Shown here: positions 52,889 through 64,000 of the stretch, piece after piece | Position numbering within the stretch: the stretch's first letter is position 1 | Layout of the letters: each line of letters begins with the position of its first letter | From: Octopus sinensis | Lineage: Eukaryota | Assembly (NCBI RefSeq): GCF_006345805.1 | Contig: NC_043000.1 | Coordinates: 116,250,001 to 116,314,000 of the forward strand | Length of the DNA stretch: 64,000 nucleotides | Direction of reading: 5' to 3' | Notes under the pieces: model-generated | The model's database searches: none | What the model was told of the DNA's origin: nothing | The model's input: the letters and a program-made list of their open reading frames with translations, nothing else | Made by a program: the position numbers and the translations under genes

Positions 52889-52946
<58 letters not shown>

Positions 52947-53186
52947 GCTATCTATCTATCTGTGTGTATGGGTGTGTGTGTGTGTGTGCGTGTCTTTGTG
53001 TCTGTGTTTGTCCCTACCCCATCGCCTGACAGCCGATGATGGTGTATTTACGTACCCGTATCTTAGCGGTTCAGCATAGGGACTGATAGGGTAAGTACCA
53101 GCCTTACAAAGAGTAACTCCGGTCGATTTCTTCGACTAAAGGTGGTGTTTTAGCATGGCGGCAGTCATATGACTGAAACAAGTAAA
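52813..53186 (+). mobile_element. SINE family B (5'-truncated; internal repeat is (TATC)n)
   Basis: Consensus match. Confidence 0.85.
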
Positions 53187-53332
53187 ATAATTAACGAATG
53201 AAAGATTTCAGATGCCAATTTCGGTGCTGGTGGTCATGCACCTTATGGAACGCAACTAATTGACCTTCTAAAATATTATGCTTGATTAATGCTTTGAAGG
53301 TTTTGTTGATATTATATTTTTAATTCTTTATT

Positions 53333-53627
53333 GCCCCGAAAGGATGAAAGGCAAATTTGACCTCGGCGGAATTTGAACTCAGAACGTAACGGCAGACGAA
53401 ATACCTATTTCTTTATTACCCACAAGGGGCTAAACATAGAGGGGACAAACAAGGACAGACATAGGTATTAAGTCGATTACAGTGCGTAACTGGTACTTAA
53501 TTTATCGACCCCGAAAGGATGAAAGGCAAAGTCGACCTCGGCGGAATTTGAAACCAGAACGTAACGGCAGACGAAATACGGCTATGCATTTCTCCCGGCG
53601 TGCTAACGTTTCTGCCAGCTCGCCGCC
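53333..53627 (-). mobile_element. SINE family A dimer
   Basis: Junction gacgaaatacctatttcttt at ~53396-53415; tttgttgatatt occurs on both flanks. Confidence 0.88.
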
Positions 53628-54867
53628 TTTGTTGATATTTTACTACCAGCAGCTTGTTTGGTAATATTGCAAGCCTTTTAATTTCGCCTTTTTTTATGAT
53701 ATCAAGTAATATTTTCATCTCTATAAAACCTGTAATTATTTAAAAGTTAGCCTGCAAAATAACGTTAAGTTCCATAACAATGAATTTCAGGTAATCCATC
53801 TTACTATATAAAAATACTGTCACAATAAGTAAAATATTGATCTTACTACAGATCATACGTCCATATCAGAAACACGTTTGCTTCTAAAATATTATATCCT
53901 GCTTAGCGTTTAAGGAGCATGTATTTTAGTATTTAATCAATATATAAATTTTATTATCAAACGATTACTTGAGATGCAGCATTTTAAACTAAATATTCTT
54001 TGATATTTTATTACAGATAAAAAATTAATATTGCTTTGCGTCGTGTTAAATGTCACTTATATGATGTCATGTATTAACTGTGTCATACGTTATTCGTTTT
54101 AATATTTTTGTAAGTCCATGACTTTTTATGAAAAAACACTACTTCATCGTAATTATCCATTCTGTAACCGATAATTAATTATATACATACCATTTTTTTA
54201 AATCTCTTATTGGTTACTAAAAAAAAAAAAACATCGGCTTATATTTCATTAACGATCGGCAATAACGTTGTTGTTGTTTTTTTTTTACCGATGTTAAGTG
54301 TTATCATGAAATCAACTACTACTACTGCTGTTGCCGCTGCTGCTGCTGTCTTGTTGTTGTTGTTGTTGTTCTTTTTCTTCTTCTTCCAATCAGGACTCAC
54401 GCCATTAAGCCACAAAGAATAATCTCTAATTCGAGCCTATTCTAAGCTACTAAGAATGCGTGTGGCAACTTGAAGATCCATCCACCACACGCGATAGACT
54501 GGCGATTGCACAGGCACGAAAGCTACGTTGTCATTCTCATTCCGTAAACGGTGGATATTAATGGGTGGAGGATTCGCAATCTAGACTAGGGACTGAAATT
54601 TTGCCACACCTTAGTGAGTTATATCAGGGTTCCCCTGCTTTGTGGCAGAAGTAAGAAGAAAAAGTGAGAGAAAGTTATGGTGAAAGAGTACAGCGGTATT
54701 TCGTCTGTCTTTATGTTCTGAGTTCAAATTCCGCCGAGGTCGACTTTGCTTTTCATTTCGGGGTCGATAAATTAAGTACCAGTTGTGTACTTGGGTCGAT
54801 CTAATCGATTGGCTCACCTCCCCAAAACTTTCGGGCCTTGTGTTTTGAGTAGAAAAGAAAGAATATA

Positions 54868-56098
54868 TATTGGGTTTGCAAATAACTTCCTGCCGTTGTT
54901 TTTTTAAATAAAAATATTTTTAAAGGTTTAATAAAAAATAACAACTAATTAAAAAATAATGTATTCACCCTTGTTTTGTACAACTTCTTCCCAACGTTCA
55001 ACAAAATCTTCAATACCTCGTTGGTAGAAATCACCCAATTTCGACCCGAAAAATTGAAACTTGATCCAACAAAGCTCTCAATTCTGCATCAGTATTGAAC
55101 GAAACTCCGCGCATAGCATTTGAAAGAGATCGAAAGAGGTGGAAATCCTTTAGTGCCAAATCAGGAGAGCACGGCAGGTGTGGCAGCACTTCACAGCCAT
55201 GCGTTTGAATGGCTTCCTTGGTCATATTGGCGATATGAGGGCGGGCGTTGTTGTGCAGCAGAAGACCTCCATGCTGCCGATTAGGTCTTTTCTCTTGAAT
55301 AGCCGTGTTGAGTCGTTCCATCTGTTGAACGTAGAGTTCCGCGTTGTTCGTTTGGTTTCGTTCAAGCAATTCGTAATGGGTAATCCCTCCCCAGTCCCAC
55401 CATACGCACAACATCGTTTTACGCAGATGAAGATCTTGTTTCACGCACGTGTCACTTGTTTACCGGACTAAACCATTCCTTGCGCTGCTTCATATTGATG
55501 TACAGGCACCATTTTACGTCGCCAGTAACGATTCAGTAAAGAAATCGTTGCTTGTATCCATGAGTTGAGGGGTGACGAGCAAGCAAACGAGAGGAGATTG
55601 TGGCTCGATGACTTTTGTTGTTGTCACTTAAAGCATGCAGAACCCATTTTATTTTCTCTGCCAGTTCCCTTGTCGTTTGCAAAAGTTTGTTTAATCGTGT
55701 TCATCGAACTCAACTGGAGGGCCAGAACGAGGTGCATCTTTGAGGCCAAAATTTCCATTTTTGAACTTGGCATACCAATCACGAGCGGTTCTTTCACCTA
55801 TGGCACCCTCTCCATACACAGCACAAATGTCGCGAGCAGCTTTTGCGGCCTAAGAACCTTGATTAAAAGCAAAAAGAAGGAGGTGTCGAAAATGCTCGTT
55901 TTTCTTAACTTGACATTCCATTTCAATGAGCTGAAACTAAACAAGACTTAACTAAAATTAACTAGAAAAAAAAAAAAAACAAAAACAAAATTGATTTCAA
56001 AATAGAACTCTCGAAAAGAAAAAGGTTTCCAGAATTTAAAAATGCAATAAATTCCAAAATTAAAAAAAAAAGACGGGAACTTAGTTGCCAACCCAATA
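54868..56098 (-). mobile_element. Near full-length mariner (DD34D) element with pseudogenised transposase
   Basis: TIRs tattgggtttgcaaataacttcc and ggaacttagttgccaacccaata. MLCVWWDWGGITHYELL...LLHNNARPH...VLPHLPCSPDLALKDFHLFRSL; contains frameshifts and deletions. Confidence 0.93.
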
Positions 56099-57009
56099 CA
56101 TGCTTGCGATGGCTTTTGTATCGTTCACCGATTTTCTGAGCCAATAACGTTCGTAGACACCAACATATCACTATTTATTATCGTATATTAATCCTAAAAA
56201 TTATCAGAAACCCACGATTCTGAGACACTTCTGAATATCCATATGTATTTATGCTATCATAGATCAGTAATATTCCAAGAAGCAAGGCGGCGAGTTCGCA
56301 GGGTCGATGGCACGTCGGGCAACACTTTGCTGTATTTCGTCCATCTTTACCTTCTGAGCTAAAATTCCTCCGAATTCGACTTTACATTTCATGATGTTGT
56401 GAATTACCAAATGGGCAATGCATTTAGTGCTAACCGATTTAATCTTTCCCCCACAAATTGTCAGTCTAGTGCCAAAATTTGAAGCCATTATTGTTTGAAG
56501 CGGAGAACTAAAATCATTCCGAAAAATAAGGATCCAAACAGGTAGTTACTGTATATGCTTTTTTCTTCTCAGTGTAAATCAGTGAGTTCTCTCTCCGTGG
56601 TAGCGTTTCCAGGGAGAAGAACAGGATTTGCTACGGCAAGCGAATCGTGCCGTCGAATGGGCTCGTTTATGGAGTACAGAATTATTAGTAAATTGAACCG
56701 CGACACTAGTAAGGAACACAGGCCAAATATGATAGAGTCACATGAATGGATCCTGTCACTCGTCTACATGATTTACCTTATATCTTCAGAAATGGTACCG
56801 GAAGTAAAATTCAAAGTCGTTAGTTGTAAATGCATACAAATATCAAGTTCATTTCCTTGGTTTACGAGATTGTGTTCGATTCAAATGAGAAACAAATCTA
56901 CTTCTGAAAACCCTGCATTCTAGTTAGCGATTTGCATAGACCATTCTCATTTGCTGATTGTTTTTCCTTACTTCCTTCCATGTATCAATCCATCCACCCA
57001 CTCCTCTAC

Positions 57010-57300
57010 CCATCCATCCATCCATCCATCAAACTATGCATCTATTTCCCCCGCTCACTTTTCGTGGGAGGATCGTAGGAGTAGAGACCTCAGGCAACTC
57101 CTCCTCCACAGGCTCCTATCAGAAGCAACGTGCATTACCCTTTCCCGCTGAATTGCACGGCGTCGCCATTTACCCAACTATCTCTTGTTTCGTTTACTCC
57201 GGGTTCTCCTGCGATATTGCCTGGCGTAAAGATTCCGACACAATTTTTTCCAGCTGCATTATAACCGCGTCCATGTGTTTGTTCACCGGAACAGTCACCT
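57010..57300 (-). pseudogene. RTE-like LINE 3' end with (GATG)n tail
   Basis: Minus strand ...VMHVASDRSLWRRS... (A.DR..WR terminal motif), followed by (gatg)n. Confidence 0.55.
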
Positions 57301-57899
57301 CTCATTTTGAAGAAGTAGCAACTCGACGTAGTATATATAGAGATGTCCTAATCGCCGTGATACGCACCCTATCGGATAGGGTTAAGGAGTCGCGAAATAA
57401 AAAATAAAACCACTCTATCGATTTTTTTTCTAATTAGAAATATGAATACTCGAGAGATTAAGATGCAGCTGTGGACTATATATCATAAATATCAAATAAC
57501 TATTTGTTGTTAGACTTAATATTACAGACAAAAATCAGTGAGGCGGGGGGATATGAAATATTGCCTCAAAAGGCTTTTCTTTCGTATATCTTCCCTGTAA
57601 AAACAAACAGAATTGACCAATGAGATTTGATAAGTGAAAATAGAAGTCAAACGATTGTGACTTTTATTATAATTTTTTCCTTTAGACCTCCACACTTCAG
57701 ATTAGAATATTAAAGCCATAATTCATGTCAGTGTTATGTGAGCAATAAATTGAAATATATATCGTGATATCGTAAGTTTCTTTCTCGAAGGCTATTCGTA
57801 AACGGAAGATACACCGAAATTGATAGACTGTATAAAGTTTTTACCAGCATATAATGTTCAATTCGACCAGAAGGTTATCTTACTCTTTACTCTCTTTAC

Positions 57900-58100
57900 T
57901 CTTTTACTTGTTTCAGTCGTTTAGCTGCGGCCATGCTGGAGCACTGTCTTTTAGTCGAGCAAATCGACCCTAGGACTTATTCTTTGTAAGCCTAGTACTT
58001 ATTCTATCGTTCTCTTTTTGCCGAACCGCTAAGTTACGGGGACGTAAACACACCAGCATCAGTGGTCAAGTGATGTGGGGGGGGGGACAAACACAGACAT
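57900..58100 (-). mobile_element. SINE family B, 3' half
   Basis: Reverse complement of the consensus tail, with (agagtaa)-type terminal repeats. Confidence 0.85.
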
Positions 58101-58377
58101 ATAAACACACACACATATATTAAAGGGAAAGTAAAGAGTCAGTGCACGTAGACATATAAATAGATAGATAGGAAGTTTTCAAAACAATTTATCCAGCATT
58201 TTTTTAAATGAAAATCAATGGTAAAATGATTCATTTTCGTATTAAATGTATACCTTAATTCTTTTACTCTTTATTCATTTACCCGTGTCAGTCGTTTGAC
58301 TGTGGCCATGCTAGAGCTCCGCCTTGAAGACATTTTAGACGACTTATGTTTTTTAGACAACTTACGCAAATACAGCA

Positions 58378-58441
<64 letters not shown>

Positions 58442-58531
58442 AGGGAGAGTTTACGAAAAAAATAAAAGACGAAGACAGGTGGTGTACAAAACAAACAGAT
58501 GTATTAGTATAACGCTCAGGAATAGAAAAGG

Positions 58532-58569
58532 TCTTTTACGTTTCGAGCCTACGCTCTTCTACAGAAGGG
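58532..58569 (-). ncRNA. Minimal hammerhead motif (variant core CUGUAGA, loop-less stem III)
   Basis: Minus strand cctt-CTGTAGA-a-gagc-gtag-gctc-GAAAC-GTA-aaag; stem III is reduced to the palindrome ACGU; lies within element 58441-58640. Confidence 0.6.
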
Positions 58570-58644
58570 GACACAGAAAAAACAAGGAGAGAAAAAAGGA
58601 GAGAAAAATGTATGTAGTGGCTAACGATCTATCATGGTGACTCA

Positions 58645-58702
<58 letters not shown>

Positions 58703-59894
58703 AATACATATGACAGGCTTCTTTTAGTGTTCGTCTTTGTGTTTCCAACAGGCTTCTTTGTGTTTCACTCACAAGGCTTTTTGTCTACACGTGGCAGGAA
58801 TAGGAAACGCTTCGCCAAGGTGCCACACACTGGAACTGAACCCGAAACAATATATGTTTGGAAAGCAAGATTCTTATCACTTAGCCACGCCTAAAACATG
58901 ATCATAAGAATTCTGCCAATTTTTCGGAGTTTAATGTGCTTCTTCGAGAAGCATGTAATTTTATATATTAAGTGTAATAAATTGGAAAGAAATAGCCGAG
59001 AGAAGCGGAAAGAATTAGAGAAGTAGAGTTTAATAAACCGAATAAGAATGAGAGAATTGCTTAAGAACGCTTAATGACTTTCAATATTGTTCAGTTCTGT
59101 CAAAATTTTGTAGTCAATCGGGAGGTTAAAACACTAAAACTAAATTATCTTGTTGACTTTTATGACTACGATATTTTTATTACTCCAGGGGAATGTAAAA
59201 TTCTCAACAAGAAAATAACAACGTAATTATAAGTAATTAATAAATAATTAAACATAAATTTAATACAAAAATTAATCATTCCTCTATTGATTTTTTCCAT
59301 TTTAAATAACTAGGATAAAATAGCTTTGGAAAATATCTATGTAATTATTTACTGGTCTACTATCTCTCGTTATTTCTGCTTGTATGTGCGTTTGTGTCTG
59401 CGTTTGTGTATGTGTGAATGCGTATATGTGTGTTTTGTGTGCGTGTTTGTGCGTGTGTGTATGCCTTTTATGAGTATGGGTGACACCGACTAACGTGTGT
59501 GCGTGTAGGTGTGTGTGTTTGTGTGTGTATCGATGATTCACCCTTCAATAACTCATCCTACTGCGTCATAGTTTCACGCATGCGCATCGTGCATGTGATG
59601 GAGTCTCTCTGAGGGGCAGCATAATAAATTCTCAAAGGTTTCCTGATAAATATAAACTCTGCAGGACGTACTGAGAACATATCTTTATCGTTCTTTAAAC
59701 AAGCACACCAGCCTGTATACAAACACACACAAGCCTAAATACTATGGTTCATCTTAGTGTCGTATAGTTTTTTTGAGTTACGCGAAATGTAAATGGTCAA
59801 TATTAAAATCTAACATTATATTTTCAAGTATTGCCAATATATGCAGTTTGTAATAGATAGATAGATAGATATATAGATAGATAGTTAGACAGAC

Positions 59895-59988
<94 letters not shown>

Positions 59989-60739
59989 ATAGATACATGT
60001 ATACATACATACATATATGGCGATTGTCTATTCTTTGTACTTACACTTTAGATCTATCATGGCGTCTGATATGGCCTTTTAAAGTAGACTTTGTTTTGAA
60101 AAGACCCCTACTTAGATTGCAATATCTGCTTTGTACAACCAAGAGCTGCAGCTAAGCTCTGATCTTTATGGATCTTAAAGTGTCTTTTGAGGCCTCCGCG
60201 AGATATGCATACATTCATACGCATATACATACATACATACATACATACATAGAAACATACATACATACGTACATACATAAATACGTACATACATACATAC
60301 ATACAAACATACATACGCACATACATATATATACATACGCACATACATACATACGTACATACATACATTTTGGAGGGAAGATACGAATTCATTCGTCTAT
60401 ATGGATTTAGCCTATGTTAATTGTCTCATGCTATTTCCGATGGTGCGGGGTCGGAAAGCGAGAGTTATGTAAGTTAACATTTGTAAATCTATCTAAAGGA
60501 ATGTTACGCTGAAGAAGGGAATGAATTTGTTTATAATTCTGACACAGAAACTCACCCGCAACTAACTGAAGACTTTGTTTCCGTTATTTTTCATCCTGTT
60601 TTACATATGTGAGTTACATGTATATGTTATATGTGGAGTTATATGTGTAGAAAATAGAAAGAAGCGGTCTTTGACTGCTATTTCTAATTTTTCGGCGGTA
60701 TGTGGCTAAGCAACCTGTTGCTTGCCCTACTTCTTTATA

Positions 60740-60791
<52 letters not shown>

Positions 60792-60881
60792 TTTGAGACA
60801 AAACCACTATTTTGCAAAACAAACAAGGAAAGACTTAATCAATACATAAAATTTAATAATAGTCAAAAAAAAAAAAAACCG

Positions 60882-60926
60882 CCACTACAAGTTTCTTTCT
60901 TGTCTTGATCGACAATCTTCAGGTGG
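60882..60926 (-). ncRNA. Type I hammerhead motif in left arm (GAAA duplicated)
   Basis: Minus strand ccac-CTGAAGA-ttgtc-gatcaa-gacaa-GAAA-GAAAC-tt-GTA-gtgg. Confidence 0.65.
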
Positions 60927-63138
60927 ACTTCCAATCTAAAAAATCAAAATTTTAAAATATAAAAATAATACTTTTAAATAATTAAAGTATAAATGAAAAA
61001 TATAAGTAATATAATCCATATATAACCTATATATATCCATATCGAAAATAAGACTATTACCACGAATTCCCTAAAAAAACCATGATAAAACAAAACTCTT
61101 AAAAACATATAACGATAAAATCTCCCTTTGCTAAACTCTATAACAAACCTATAAAGTAAACCCCCTAACCTAAACATTCACACACAAATACACACACGTA
61201 AACCACAGACTCTAAATCACTAAATATTAATTATAGTTTATATGGGAAATAATTTGTAAAACTAAATCATATATATAGGAGCTAATTGTTGTTATTTATG
61301 CTCTAATGAGTTTAAAGAAATTTTATTTTATAAGTATGATATTTACTTAATACTGGGGAGGAGCGCAAAATAAAATGTAGACACAAGTTACTTTACTTAT
61401 ATAATAAGTTTCATGATAAATAGCAATAATAGTTCCCTTTTAGGTTATTAGTTTAGTTTAAATTAGTTTAGATGATATATTTTTGGTTATGTTGTCTAGG
61501 ATTTAATTATAGTTAGTCTTTATTGATATTTCTTTGTTTTAATTAGTTCATTTTTAATGTATATTAATTTAGCAGTTGATGGTACGTTAAAACTTTAATA
61601 ATTATATTAGATTTTTTTTATTTTTTTATTTTTATTTTTATTTATTTTATTTTATTATGTATTTTTATTTTGCATTTGTTATATGTATTTTGAGGATATA
61701 TTATATGGTTTTGGGTGTTATTTAGTGGTGTTTTTATTGAGTTTTGTATGTATGTGAATGTTTAAGATCCCTTTGTTTTTTTGTTTTTTATTTGTATGTT
61801 GAATTGACAGATTTTATTTGGGTATTGTCTTTTATAATAAAGTACACACCCATAACAATTATAGTGCCCACTTCATCGTTGTACTTGGGTTTGCATGTGA
61901 GCCTCATCATATGGCACCTAACGGCCACTCCAGCCCCACATGGATAAATAAACACATACATCCCCTAAAAAAATAAATAATAATAAAAAAAAAAAAAAAA
62001 AAAAAATGGGAGTAATCCCATTCCACACCAATTATATGTATACAATTATACACACTTGAATAATACATACTAGCCCTAATATACAGAACATACTAATAAT
62101 CACCAACTAACCACCATCATCACAAATGAAACCCACACCCATACAATGACAAAACTCCCCCATACCCTATTTACACCTTCATAGTAATCCCATATATCTT
62201 CCATACATGGACGCAAGTGCGTGAAGCACATGAACATATTAGTACGTACAACCCCTAATACACACTAATATATACGTATCAAGCTCGACCTCCACAGTGA
62301 TAAGTTTACACACAATCACACCCAGATGGGTGAATTGCACAACCAGTGAATGCTCACACATACGGGCGCGATTACTTGTTGCATATATCGAGCCAAAATA
62401 GTATGCATATGTACATGTGAGGGGTACACGTAAATGAAGTGAGCGTGTACCCCCTGTATTTATACCCGTGCGTGAATATACACATGGAGACTACCACACA
62501 GGTACAAATGTGTTTAGAAATGGAGCCGCCCATCACTACACTTAATGTATACTCTCACCCATCCGCACGGATGTGTAAGTGTATCTCCGTGTATATGTTG
62601 AGGCTTATATGTAGAGTTGTTGAAGGGAACGTCGTTGAAATTGTGAATGAATGGGTAGAGTTGGGAATTTGTAACCGGGTGGGTGGACTAGTGTTGCTTG
62701 GAATTGTGAAGGGATTAGGGTGGTAATGAGGTAGGCATTGAGTATGGGTTACTGTAAGTTGTTTGTTAGAGTTGCTAGGGTGAGCTAAAGCTCATAAATG
62801 TAATATAATTGATTTTCATGATAGTTTTTAAGAATCCATTCATAATAAATTTTTTTTAAGTAGCGTTGGTTTGCTACGTGGAAATAGTTTTTAGTTCCAT
62901 TTATTATATTTCTCCATTCATACTATGAATGACGTTTAGGAGGATTTTATCGTTATATGTTTTTAGAGTTTTGTTTTATCATGGTTTTTTAGGGAATTCG
63001 TGGTAATTAGTCTATATTTTCGATATGGATTATATATAGGTTATATATGGATTATATACTTATATTTTTTCATTATACTTTAATTTATTTAAAAGTATTA
63101 TTTTTTATTTTAAAATTTTGATTTTTTAGATTGGAAGT

Positions 63139-63181
63139 CCACCTGAAGATTGTCGATCAAGACAAGAAACTATTGTAGTGG
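63139..63181 (+). ncRNA. Type I hammerhead motif in right arm
   Basis: ccac-CTGAAGA-ttgtc-gatcaa-gacaa-GAAAC-tatt-GTA-gtgg; predicted cleavage after 63177. Confidence 0.8.
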
Positions 63182-63354
63182 CGTTTTTTTGACTATTTAT
63201 TAAATTTTTGTATTGATTAAGTCTTTCCTTGTTTGTTTTGCAAAATAGTGGTTTTGTCTCAAATAATATTTTATATATTTTACTATAAAATTGGATTTAA
63301 TCCTAAATCTGATTTTTATTTCCCTGTAAATTTGGATATATTCCCTAATATTTA

Positions 63355-63392
<38 letters not shown>

Positions 63393-63893
63393 CATATATA
63401 TATATATATATATATATGTGTGTATATATATATGATATAATATATATATATATATATAAGTATATACATACATACATACATACATACGTAAAAAAAAATA
63501 TTTATTATGAATTACAGCTCTTGTACTTTAACAATAATTTCTCTTTCATTTTTCGGGGTTGCTCTAGTTCCTACTTGAAACCAACATACTAGAGTACTTG
63601 ACACACTGAGTTTAGGAGCAGACCTCATGATAATTCTCATAAAAATATAATAAATGTAGTCCGAAAATAGACAAGGTCGAACAGGATAGGAGGAATGTTC
63701 TCAAAGATATTTTCAATGCATAGCTGGAGATAATCATTCCTTCCTACGTTCCTATAAAACAAGTAAGATAGATATATTGTTGTATTTAGGAATGGTAATT
63801 TTGCCAGTTTAGCCAATAAAAGCACACGCACTATATATTTGGTGTTACTTTGCTTCAGCGTTATTTTTTTTACATTAATCTTAATCTTATTTC

Positions 63894-63937
63894 GGCCAGA
63901 GTTCTTTCGTCACACTCCTGTGACCGCATCAGTGGTC
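63894..63937 (-). ncRNA. Hammerhead-like motif (variant core CUGAUGC, CUC site)
   Basis: Minus strand gacca-CTGATGC-g-gtcac-aggagt-gtgac-GAAAG-aa-CTC-tggcc. Confidence 0.5.
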
Positions 63938-64000
63938 CTTTGTTTTCTTCTTTCTTATTTGAGTGTCTCTCCTTACTAACCGTCAGCCATTTTGTATTTC

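Larger units (their letters stand above)
60781..63275. mobile_element. ~2.5-kb non-coding element with ~350-bp terminal inverted repeats carrying HHRs (Penelope-like inverted pLTR architecture)
   Basis: 60781-61136 matches the reverse complement of 62934-63275 (differences mostly small indels); no credible ORF inside; (TA)n flanks. Confidence 0.85.

Noticed and set aside
57366-57382. Palindrome accctatc-g-gatagggt
   Set aside because: 8-bp arms are expected by chance in 64 kb, and there is no supporting context.
56958-57407. 149-aa plus-strand ORF
   Set aside because: It starts in a (CATC)n repeat and is antisense to an RTE-like 3' end; no recognisable domain.
60505-60570. Hammerhead-like ctgaaga-aggg...ccc-gcaac
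   Set aside because: GAAA is GCAA and no NUH or stem I partner can be placed; at best a dead relic.
63505-63636. Minus-strand gaat-tatcatga...caag-agct-gta-attc resembling an HHR
   Set aside because: Both core segments deviate at several positions; cannot be distinguished from chance.

Overview
This is AT-rich, microsatellite-dense, repeat-dominated eukaryotic genomic DNA. The SINE/LINE/mariner mix and the (TA)n, (TATC)n, (TATG)n and (TTA)n arrays look like a coleoid cephalopod (Octopus-like) genome; that assignment is an inference. I find no supportable host protein-coding exon, and almost all ORFs in the track are microsatellite or SINE artefacts. Recognisable content: several tRNA-derived SINE families; CR1-, RTE- and R4/Dong-type LINE fragments; a Penelope-like GIY-YIG fragment; mariner/Tc1 relics; a piggyBac-like MITE; and two non-autonomous Helitrons. 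The main hidden signal is a dispersed set of type I hammerhead ribozyme (HHR) motifs: nine full-topology motifs (some with variant or decayed cores) at seven loci, plus half motifs. They have different sequences but mostly share a self-complementary stem III (ACAUAUGU, ACAAUUGU, ACAGCUGU, ACACGUGU, ACGU), often carry long structured stem II insertions, and mostly sit in or next to (TA)n tracts. Two loci carry the HHR on both strands as inverted repeats: a perfect 131-bp-arm palindrome (17546-17877) and a ~2.5-kb non-coding fold-back element (60781-63275). Secondary findings include SINE concatemers with a fixed junction, a SINE/LINE shared 3' stem-loop with compensatory changes, an 81-bp duplication around a SINE, and several long hairpins. 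All folds and alignments were read by eye and are uncomputed.
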